This document shows positions 16,172-23,503 of a DNA stretch of 64,000 bases, piece after piece. The notes under the pieces are model-generated. The model saw only the letters and a program-made list of their open reading frames with translations, ran no database searches and was not told where the DNA came from. Origin of the DNA: Patescibacteria group bacterium (GTDB lineage: Bacteria > Patescibacteriota > Microgenomatia > UBA1400 > PJMF01). Where the stretch lies: positions 988,758 through 1,052,757 of the forward strand of contig BOKX01000001.1 of assembly GCA_016861205.1 (NCBI GenBank). Reading direction: 5' to 3'. Each line of letters begins with the position of its first letter. Position 1 is the first letter of the stretch. The position numbers were made by a program, and so were the translations under genes.

Positions 16172-16289
16172 AGGTACTTGTCAGTGTAACGGTTGGAGCG
16201 GTTGCTGAAAAGTAGTTGCAGGGAGAGCAGCATCTACGTTAGAATCGCCAACATTCAGTACTTACGCCTGCCCGCCCGAGGAGGTCCGT

Positions 16290-16733
16290 GTGCCTGTTTT
16301 CAGAGAAATGAGCCAAGCTCAAGCTGTAATCGAAAAACACTTGGGGATTCCAGCCAACGCTGTGACGCCCGACTACGCTATGTACTTGCTTGAGCAGTAT
16401 TGCGTTGATAACGTCCTGCTACCTGGTGAGGAGTTGGCCATAACTGAAGAGATGCCACAACGGGTGGTTAACGACCCAGTTATCCGGGATGCTATTTTTG
16501 AGGCATTGTCATTCTTAGCGACAGCTTCCGGTACCCATCCTCGTGAAGCTGCCCCTAAAATCAGTGATCGTCGCCGTGGCCGCGCGCTGAGTGAACTTCG
16601 CAACAATGTGCCAGGCCGCCGGTACAAGTTCCGTCCGGGCAGAATGATTGAGGCACAAGATGGGTTTGGCCCCGTGTCTGACAAGTACGCTCAACTGCAC
16701 CGTGGGCAGCTTGATGTGGACGCCAGCGTTTAG
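16290..16733 (+). CDS. Hypothetical protein (147 aa)
   Basis: ORF preceded by a plausible sigma70 promoter (TTGCAG-18 nt-TAGAAT at about 16216-16235). No motif recognised. Confidence 0.4.
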   Translation: MPVFREMSQAQAVIEKHLGIPANAVTPDYAMYLLEQYCVDNVLLPGEELAITEEMPQRVVNDPVIRDAIFEALSFLATASGTHPREAAPKISDRRRGRALSELRNNVPGRRYKFRPGRMIEAQDGFGPVSDKYAQLHRGQLDVDASV

Positions 16734-16756
16734 CCATAGACTCTAATTGTCTAACG

Positions 16757-16776
16757 CTCTCGAGTCACCTATAATG
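16757..16776 (+). promoter_or_regulatory. Putative sigma70-type promoter for the HNH endonuclease gene
   Basis: TTGTCT, 17-nt spacer, TATAAT (16757-16782 region), about 75 nt upstream of the GTG start. Local sequence is AT-rich. Confidence 0.4.
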
Positions 16777-16853
16777 CTGGCCAGCAGCTATCTTGGTAGA
16801 ACGTTGGTCTCCAAATGTTTTATATATTGGAGTCGTAATGATAAAATAAAGGG

Positions 16854-17300
16854 GTGCTCTGTGGGAGATGCAAACTAAACAAAGATATCAATAATTTCTC
16901 GCTAAAGAACAGAGAAAAAGGTCGGTATCATAGTGTTTGCAAGGCATGTCATTCTGAGTATAGAAGGCAGCATTATCTGAGTCACAAAGCGAAGTATCTG
17001 ACGAAGGCGATGCATTGGAATAAACGACAAAAAGAAGTATTAATCCAATATCTCTTTCAAAAGTTGTCGAATTCAAAATGCGTAGATTGTGGTGAAAAAG
17101 ATATTTTGGTTTTGGATTTTGACCACATCAAGGAAAAAGAGTTTAACATCGCTGTGCTATTTAAAAAAAGATGTGCCATAAAAACTCTTGAGAAAGAGTT
17201 GAACAAGTGTGAAGTCCGATGTGCCAACTGTCATCGAAGAAAAACGGCTAAAGAAATTGGTTCTTGGAAGTACAAGATGATAAATGAAATAGGGGCGTAG
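16854..17300 (+). CDS. HNH endonuclease (GTG start). Its last 10 nt overlap the 5' end of tRNA-Trp.
   Basis: CGRCKLNKD…CKAC and C-terminal …DFDHIKEKEFNIAV…NKCEVRCANCHRRK. The D-H-(N)-H catalytic motif is flanked by CxxC pairs. Low-GC, Lys-rich composition. Confidence 0.75.
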   Translation: MLCGRCKLNKDINNFSLKNREKGRYHSVCKACHSEYRRQHYLSHKAKYLTKAMHWNKRQKEVLIQYLFQKLSNSKCVDCGEKDILVLDFDHIKEKEFNIAVLFKKRCAIKTLEKELNKCEVRCANCHRRKTAKEIGSWKYKMINEIGA

Positions 17301-17363
17301 GTTAACGGTAGACCTGATCTCTCCAAAAGATCTAGTGAGGGTTCGACTCCTTCCGCCCCTGCA
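17291..17363 (+). tRNA. tRNA-Trp (anticodon CCA)
   Basis: Acceptor AGGGGCG/CGCCCCT, D arm GGTT-AACGGTA-GACC, anticodon stem GATCT/AGATC with loop CTCCAAA, T arm GAGGG-TTCGACT-CCTTC, discriminator G. Confidence 0.8.
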
Positions 17364-17443
17364 GCATTCTTGATGTCAAAAGCGCCAAGAATGTTCCTCA
17401 AACACGGTTCAACCTCTTTGCCTCCTTTACACTTCCCACAATT

Positions 17444-18736
17444 TTGATTACTTTGGTACTTAGTATGAACGAAGGTCTTTCCCGTCGTGATCTGCTGAAG
17501 CTGGGAGCTGCCGCGGCTGGGGCTTATCTGGCCAGTCGATTTCTAAAAGAAAAGCCCGAGCCTGATTTGGAACAGGTAGATTTTGAGGGTCACGTTTTCT
17601 TGATAGACAAAGAGGGTATTCCTCACTCTTGTCGCACCAAAGAAGGAACTGAAATAACCTTTAACATAGGTGATCTCCGACGGGCTCAGACAGAAGCCAA
17701 AAATCTGAAAGCTGATCGAGTGGGGGAAACATTTGCGGCCCGCCAAGAAAAAGAAGTTCCCGCCGTTGGTGGTGTAGAGCGACCACTGACTACCGAGTTG
17801 CCTGATGATATTGTTCCCGCTGAAAAACTTCAGCAACAGTATGGGATTAAGATTGTGCAGAGTGACATCACCCAGCTGCACATCCGTGAGAGTGCTTTTG
17901 CGCAAGGTGGTTTGCTAGAAGAGTTTGCTCGGGGAGGCAGAGATCTGACTATAGCCCTGATTCAGGCCCCATTTCTTATTCGTAGATACTTTGCCAACGA
18001 GAAGTATCGTGACTTGCCAACTACCAACATTGAAGGTGGGGTGGTGGGTGATTTTGGCAAAGATTTACCCTCTGATCAATTTCCAACGCCAGCTCAGTAC
18101 GAGGAGCTGCGGCAACAAAAAATCTTGGCGTTAAAGAAAATTATTTTGCAAACACAAGACAAATCACAACTTCTTGAGTTACTGGCTGATATTCATGCCT
18201 ATGCGAGTGGCATTGTAACTGATGAAGATTTGCTCTACGAAAGTACGAACGGTAGGATGCTGGCAGCAGGATTGTATGATCAACAGTGGAGTGAAGAAGG
18301 CAGTAAAGATTATATCTTTTTGGCGGTTGATGATCGTTTGCCGCGAGACTTAATGGCGGTGTGTTTTGACAAAGATGGCAAGTTTTTTCCCAAAAAATAC
18401 ACGATGTTGGCGCTACAGAATGCCCGCGTTCGTCCGCCGCAACCATGGCAGTCGCACCCAGATGGTGCTCACGCGTATACATATGCGGCGGCTTCAGATC
18501 AGGAAGGAACCATTGGTTTTAACTTGCGTCATGAGCTGGGGCATGATCGGCTGCGGTTGGATAATTTGAGAGATAGCGAGCAGGGGATAAATGATCAAAC
18601 CAAGCAAAGATTGCAGGCAGACTGGCGTCAGTGGCAAGAGAGTGGTTTTGGACGAACTGACCAAAAAGGCGACGAAGTATATCCTTTTGTTTTTTCAATT
18701 CCACCAGCGTTGGGTGGGGGGTACATTTTAACTTAA
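17444..18736 (+). CDS. Putative secreted zinc metallopeptidase-like protein with a twin-arginine (Tat) signal
   Basis: N-terminal SRRDLLKLGAAAAGAYLAS matches the Tat S/T-R-R-x-F-L-K pattern. An HExxH motif sits in FNLRHELGHDRL. 430 aa. Confidence 0.5.
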   Translation: MITLVLSMNEGLSRRDLLKLGAAAAGAYLASRFLKEKPEPDLEQVDFEGHVFLIDKEGIPHSCRTKEGTEITFNIGDLRRAQTEAKNLKADRVGETFAARQEKEVPAVGGVERPLTTELPDDIVPAEKLQQQYGIKIVQSDITQLHIRESAFAQGGLLEEFARGGRDLTIALIQAPFLIRRYFANEKYRDLPTTNIEGGVVGDFGKDLPSDQFPTPAQYEELRQQKILALKKIILQTQDKSQLLELLADIHAYASGIVTDEDLLYESTNGRMLAAGLYDQQWSEEGSKDYIFLAVDDRLPRDLMAVCFDKDGKFFPKKYTMLALQNARVRPPQPWQSHPDGAHAYTYAAASDQEGTIGFNLRHELGHDRLRLDNLRDSEQGINDQTKQRLQADWRQWQESGFGRTDQKGDEVYPFVFSIPPALGGGYILT

Positions 18737-18803
18737 AGTATAAAAGAGGTTCTCATACTCGCCACCAGTCCCACTTTTCGAGATTGTTTGCTATCATGCA
18801 AAC

Positions 18804-19142
18804 ATGCTGATCACCCAAAGTCTGCCGTTTTCTTCAGATCAAATCAAGCAGCTGGCTGAGCAGTTTGAAGTGTATATCAAAACTGTGATCGATATCGATA
18901 AAAAAGTGTGCTCGGCCGGAATGGACCGACATTTTGAGGGTGAGCAAGTTTTGTTGCAACAAGGTTCCGAACAGAGAAATCTTTGGGGTGGGGGAATTGA
19001 CCTTGAAACGAAGGAAATTGACTTCAACTCATTTATAAATATTCGCCCTCGAGACAACAACACAAAAAATGAAATTCAGAGTGAAGAAATCAAGAAAAAG
19101 TATAAAGAACTAACAGAGTATTTTTTTAAGGAAATACTATGA
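18804..19142 (+). CDS. Hypothetical small protein (112 aa), AT-rich and Lys/Glu-rich
   Basis: ORF only. Overlaps the next ORF by ATGA. Confidence 0.35.
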   Translation: MLITQSLPFSSDQIKQLAEQFEVYIKTVIDIDKKVCSAGMDRHFEGEQVLLQQGSEQRNLWGGGIDLETKEIDFNSFINIRPRDNNTKNEIQSEEIKKKYKELTEYFFKEIL

Positions 19143-19417
19143 CGGACATCGTAATGCTGGCCGGTTCTCTCTCGAATGATTTGTTTCGAGTGGCTTCACT
19201 AGCTCAGCGAGGTGCAAATCAAGCGGCTAGTCGCTTTTTAATTGAGGCACAACGTTGGTCAAATGATTTAGCCAAAGTTGCCCCCCAACCGTACATCAAA
19301 AAAATTGCCCAGGATATTTCTTCAAGAACTCCAGAGGAAATATCAGAGGATGCCGCGGAAAAATATCTGATGTATGGTGTGTTGCTTCAAAATTTTTGTT
19401 TACACAACCAAAAGTAA
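19139..19417 (+). CDS. Hypothetical small protein (92 aa)
   Basis: ORF translationally coupled to the previous one by a 4-nt overlap. No motif recognised. Confidence 0.3.
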   Translation: MTDIVMLAGSLSNDLFRVASLAQRGANQAASRFLIEAQRWSNDLAKVAPQPYIKKIAQDISSRTPEEISEDAAEKYLMYGVLLQNFCLHNQK

Positions 19418-19478
19418 AGTAGATCCCGTTAGTTTGCATGACAAAACAGTTTTATTGCGACAAAAAGAATGTGAGCAT

Positions 19479-19811
19479 ATGACGATCACCCATCTTTCCC
19501 AACTGCCTACCCAGCCAGTGTCCCACGATCCACATCTCTCCAAGCAAGTCATGATCGCGAATGGAGTTGTGCCGCATGTGACCAACTTTTCGCAAGCGGT
19601 CATTCCACCGAACGAAACAGTGACCACTCATCACCATCGGGACATGTGGGAAGTGTTTTTGGTGAGTGAAGGGGAGGGTAGCATCACCATTAATGGCACC
19701 GAACACACACTAACCAAAGGTACCTGTGTGGTGGTGGAACCGGGAGAAGAGCATAGCCTGGTGAACACCGGCAAGAGTGATTTAATCCTGACGTACTTTG
19801 GGGTGGTGTAG
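19479..19811 (+). CDS. Cupin-domain protein
   Basis: The two cupin motifs HHHRDMWEVFLVSEGEG…ING and …PGEEHSLVNTG are present. Start taken at the internal ATG (MTITHL…). Confidence 0.65.
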   Translation: MTITHLSQLPTQPVSHDPHLSKQVMIANGVVPHVTNFSQAVIPPNETVTTHHHRDMWEVFLVSEGEGSITINGTEHTLTKGTCVVVEPGEEHSLVNTGKSDLILTYFGVV

Positions 19812-19827
19812 CTGAACAGCAACCTGA

Positions 19828-20376
19828 CTAGTCAATCTTGCCACCACTGGCCCAGAGGTTGGTCTGGTCGGTCACGAGGTTTTTAGAACCTGAGCCGCCG
19901 TGATTCGCATAAAACTCAATGTAGTCACTCGATCCGTTGCAGTCGACCACGGCTGTGACAGAGGCGATTACACCATTCGTGCTAGCGCCTTCAGCGATCA
20001 TGACACTGTGGAGCTCGGAACCATTTTTGTAAATGGAGGCGATCACCGCGTTGCCACTGCCCACGCCACCACTGGCAAATCGAACAGCGCAGTTCACCAC
20101 ATATTTTCCAGCAACCGTGGGGGTGAAGCGGTAGTTACTGGTGTCAAAATTGCTGTTGGTATCAAATACTTCGGTGTTAAATTGAATTTTGGTTGGCGTT
20201 GAGGCGCTAATTGATTGGCCAGCGGTGCTGTACACAGAGAAGCTGGGTTTGGCGCCGGGTGATCCCCAAGCGGGGAGGCCGCTACTTACAACTAACTGGT
20301 CGCCATTGGATCCGATTGGCAACTTTGCCAGGTTTCCACTCGAGTCTCGGTAGTAGAGGTTTCCGGTATCTGTCAT
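19828..20376 (-). CDS. C1q/TNF-like (tail-fibre-like) jelly-roll domain protein
   Basis: C-terminal about 120 aa show the C1q pattern F-x-a-P-x-a-G-x-Y-x-h-x-h (YRFTPTVAGKYVVNCAVRF…IYKNGSEL…YIEFY), with a Gly/Ser-rich N-terminal half. Confidence 0.45.
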   Translation of the reverse strand: MTDTGNLYYRDSSGNLAKLPIGSNGDQLVVSSGLPAWGSPGAKPSFSVYSTAGQSISASTPTKIQFNTEVFDTNSNFDTSNYRFTPTVAGKYVVNCAVRFASGGVGSGNAVIASIYKNGSELHSVMIAEGASTNGVIASVTAVVDCNGSSDYIEFYANHGGSGSKNLVTDQTNLWASGGKID

Positions 20377-20458
20377 GTCTCAATTTTAGCCGGCGGCCAA
20401 AAAGGAAGGCAAGTGACAATAACTGGATCAGTCAGCCTTTGTTCGCTATGGACGTCTT

Positions 20459-20749
20459 TTGAGGTTGTTTGATAGAATCTCGGCCATGCAACACTCAGAA
20501 GCCCTCCGTCTCATCAAAGAAACCTTTCCCAAGTATCCACCCACCAACGCCCTCGAAGCCAAGAATTTGTTGGCAAAGTATGACCGGGGCGAAGTCCAGT
20601 TTCCAGCAGATCGTCAAGCCGATCTGTATCTGGCCCTTCAACTGGTAGTCATCTCTGAGCAAGGTGCTCACGGTAATGACGCCAAGCGTGCAGATCGATC
20701 AGCTGGCGAGAAACGCCGCCAAAAACGCACCGGTTCTCGCCGGGGCTAG
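20459..20749 (+). CDS. Hypothetical small protein (96 aa) with a basic tail
   Basis: ORF only. Confidence 0.3.
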   Translation: MRLFDRISAMQHSEALRLIKETFPKYPPTNALEAKNLLAKYDRGEVQFPADRQADLYLALQLVVISEQGAHGNDAKRADRSAGEKRRQKRTGSRRG

Positions 20750-20761
20750 TGACACACCCCT

Positions 20762-21049
20762 ATGCCATTTGTTAATCCCGAACAATATGGGCACCATTCA
20801 CGAAGTGACCGTCAACCTGGGCATGAAGTGGTGACAGCTACCACGCAAAGGTATGTTGAAGAGGACGGCAGTGACGTAAGAGTCAATCGTGTCCGAGTGT
20901 ATGACCAGCATGGCAACTTAGTCCGAGTGTACCTACGAGACACTATGGGCGTACCATTTGCCGACGAGCCCCATCTGGCTGATGATGACGGCTATGTAAC
21001 CGCATTGATGTTGGTTAGCCAAGCCCCTCAAGTTATTTCTAATCTGTAG
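20762..21049 (+). CDS. Hypothetical small protein (95 aa)
   Basis: ORF only. Confidence 0.3.
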   Translation: MPFVNPEQYGHHSRSDRQPGHEVVTATTQRYVEEDGSDVRVNRVRVYDQHGNLVRVYLRDTMGVPFADEPHLADDDGYVTALMLVSQAPQVISNL

Positions 21050-21079
21050 CCCAGATCTTGTTTTTGATATCATTTCCGT

Positions 21080-21304
21080 ATGAAACCACCTTCTACCCAG
21101 TGGCAAGTTGTAATTGTGCTCATCATAGTTGCCTTAATCGGCGCAGTCGTTGTTGTGGGGGGACTAGGGATTGGTACACAGTCCCGTCCAGTTCCGCCGG
21201 GCCCAAAAGGAGAGGTTGGCTGCACACTCGAGGCCAGAATTTGTCCTGACGGGACCGCGGTTGGCCGCAGTGGTCCAAACTGTGAGTTCGCGCCTTGCCC
21301 ATGA
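21080..21304 (+). CDS. Small membrane-anchored protein carrying the same 4-Cys module as the dockerin protein
   Basis: N-terminal TM helix (VVIVLIIVALIGAVVVVGGLGIG), then GCTLEARICPDGTAVGRSGPNCEFAPCP. Compare VCPADVFQCPDGSFVSRSATRNCQFLPCP at 10408..11832. Confidence 0.45.
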   Translation: MKPPSTQWQVVIVLIIVALIGAVVVVGGLGIGTQSRPVPPGPKGEVGCTLEARICPDGTAVGRSGPNCEFAPCP

Positions 21305-21375
21305 TGGGGAGCTAACTAGTTCGATTCCATCCGCCTAATTGCATTTCTGGAGTAGGTGAGCTACAGTGGCGGCAT

Positions 21376-22047
21376 ATGACCAAACCCGTGGCCTTGTCCG
21401 TCCTGTTAGCAAGTAGTTTTGCTTTAATGGCTTGTGTGCCAGGCAAAAATGTGATAACTTCTTCGGTTACTCCCACTCCAGTAGCTTCAGCTCAGCCAAC
21501 AGGTGGCTTTAATTTTGCTGATATGGCTAGCCAAATTCGCGGTGGTCAAAGCTACCGATGCACTTTCACAGACAAAACTTCTGGTCAGGCTATGAACTAC
21601 AGTTTCAAAGGTCAAAAAGTTGCCATCATGATGGCTGGGGCCGGCATGCCTGAAGGTGTCAAAGCCATGAACATGATTGGTGACGGTGAGCTCATGTACA
21701 TCTGGGACCCCGCCACCAAAAAGGGTATGAAGATGACCGTGCCCAAAGTTACGCCCAGTCCCGTGGCAAGTGGCCAACCAGCCGCACCCGCCGTCCAAGC
21801 CCAGCCGACTGTGCCTGACCTTGATGACCTGCAAGCGTGGCAGAAGCTGCAGGCACAGTACACAGTGTCGTGTTTACCCGGCGGCGTGAATGACAGCGAG
21901 TTTGTACCACCCACTGATGTTGAGTTCCAAACCTTACCAACTATGATGGGGACAGGGGCAGCAGGGTCGTATCCAGCCGTGCCACCAGCTGCTGGCCAAG
22001 GTTCAGTGCCGGGGTATCCGGGGATGATGGCCAAACCGGCCAACTAG
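21376..22047 (+). CDS. Putative lipoprotein (223 aa), Pro/Ala-rich
   Basis: Signal peptide with lipobox LMAC (…SSFALMACVPGKN). Confidence 0.5.
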   Translation: MTKPVALSVLLASSFALMACVPGKNVITSSVTPTPVASAQPTGGFNFADMASQIRGGQSYRCTFTDKTSGQAMNYSFKGQKVAIMMAGAGMPEGVKAMNMIGDGELMYIWDPATKKGMKMTVPKVTPSPVASGQPAAPAVQAQPTVPDLDDLQAWQKLQAQYTVSCLPGGVNDSEFVPPTDVEFQTLPTMMGTGAAGSYPAVPPAAGQGSVPGYPGMMAKPAN

Positions 22048-22096
22048 TCAGCCGCTCGGTGTGGTAGAAGTCATTTCAAAAAAAACTGACAAGTAG

Positions 22097-22867
22097 TTAG
22101 TTTTGGTCGCCCAAGGCTATGGCCAGAAGGTCAACTTTTTTGGCGCCGGTGATTAGCTCTGTTTCTCGATTTTGAGCTTGGGCTTCGTGAAAGATGTTAC
22201 GCGTCAATGAGCCATACACAAAAATGTTATCGACTTGTTCAGCCACGACGTCATCAGGCAAATGTGGAACTAAGGCACGAATCTGGTTGGCCATCTTTTG
22301 TTCAAGGGCGGCGTGAACAGCCTCTTTGAGGTACTCGATGATGTCTGGTAATGCACCATTGTTTTGAACCATGGTTTGCCGATCGATAACATAGGGAGCA
22401 TTTTTAATGATGCTGGGGTAATTTGTGGCCAGCCATGACACCAGTTGTGACATATCATTCTCAAATTGGTCGGGATTTTTACTGAGGTCAACTTTGAGCA
22501 AGTTGCGGGCTTTAAGCATAGCTATGACCAATGAATCAAAACTCAAGTTCATTTCCGGTCCAAAAAGCTCAAACAGTTCGTTAATGGCTTTATTGGCTGC
22601 TGCAAAGTTCAAGTTGTTCATTTGCAAAAGATCAAGCAACTCGCGTAGACCAGGGCTACGTACGTCGCGAAGTAAACCGCGACTCAAGGCGCTTACGATG
22701 TAGTTGGATAGCGCGTCTTGAAGTTGATAGATTTGTTCATCAGGCAACTGAGGTAGGAGTGGTTTTAAGTAGTCATAGATAGCAACGTAGTCTTTCGAGC
22801 TATGGCTTTCCAGCTCATCGAGTGCGGCATAAAACGACTTTTCGAGATCGGACAGTGGTTCATTCAT
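22097..22867 (-). CDS. Hypothetical protein (256 aa)
   Basis: ORF only. Confidence 0.45.
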   Translation of the reverse strand: MNEPLSDLEKSFYAALDELESHSSKDYVAIYDYLKPLLPQLPDEQIYQLQDALSNYIVSALSRGLLRDVRSPGLRELLDLLQMNNLNFAAANKAINELFELFGPEMNLSFDSLVIAMLKARNLLKVDLSKNPDQFENDMSQLVSWLATNYPSIIKNAPYVIDRQTMVQNNGALPDIIEYLKEAVHAALEQKMANQIRALVPHLPDDVVAEQVDNIFVYGSLTRNIFHEAQAQNRETELITGAKKVDLLAIALGDQN

Positions 22868-22899
22868 ACGAGTATTATATCCCTGGAGCGAACTTTAGG

Positions 22900-23436
22900 C
22901 TAATCCACCTGGGCGGCCACATGTGGCAGCGACCGTTTTTGTCCGCCGACGTCGATTCCAAAACCATAAATGAAGGCGTCGCTGCTAATCACAAAGCCAA
23001 TGTTGGTGGCTTCAACCGGTACTTCTTGGGCTCCATTGCGTGCGAAGAGGCAAGCGATGCCGGCTATTTCCGCAAATCCTGCCACATTCAGCAATTCTGC
23101 GATAATCGCCTGCAATGTATGGCCAGTATCCAAAATGTCCTCAATGATAAAAGCTCGTTGACCAGCAAATTGATTGGGTTTAAATAATGTACTGATCTCG
23201 GGTTCACGCGATGAAGTGGTGGCATCATAACTGTGCGTTTTGATGGAAGTTTGTGGGAAGTCGTAGCCTAACTGACCCATAGCCTGAATAAGGGCAGCGG
23301 CAAACTGCATGGCGCCCTCCATCACAATTACCAAAACCACATTTTCAGGTGTGACAAGTGTGTCAATAATTTCGGTGGCAAGTTGTTTAATCCGTTCGGC
23401 GAGTTGCTCGGGTGTGTAGAGGATGGTTTCAATCAT
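22900..23436 (-). CDS. hpt: Hypoxanthine-guanine phosphoribosyltransferase
   Basis: PRPP-binding motif AFIIEDILDTGHTL, 178 aa, typical HGPRT length and layout. Confidence 0.9.
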   Translation of the reverse strand: MIETILYTPEQLAERIKQLATEIIDTLVTPENVVLVIVMEGAMQFAAALIQAMGQLGYDFPQTSIKTHSYDATTSSREPEISTLFKPNQFAGQRAFIIEDILDTGHTLQAIIAELLNVAGFAEIAGIACLFARNGAQEVPVEATNIGFVISSDAFIYGFGIDVGGQKRSLPHVAAQVD

Positions 23437-23503
23437 GATCTCACAGTACGCTATATCGAGTCATGTTAAAATACGCACCAGCTAAGTAAGGATCAGCTAA
23501 ATC

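Noticed and set aside
13130-21340. A single large integrated element (prophage or ICE) spanning the tRNA-rich, orphan-rich 13-21 kb region
   Set aside because: No integrase, terminase, capsid or conjugation genes are present. The segment also contains native-looking genes (rpmG, glycosyltransferase). Only local signs of mobility are reported: HNH, truncated tRNA, tRNA 3' fragment.
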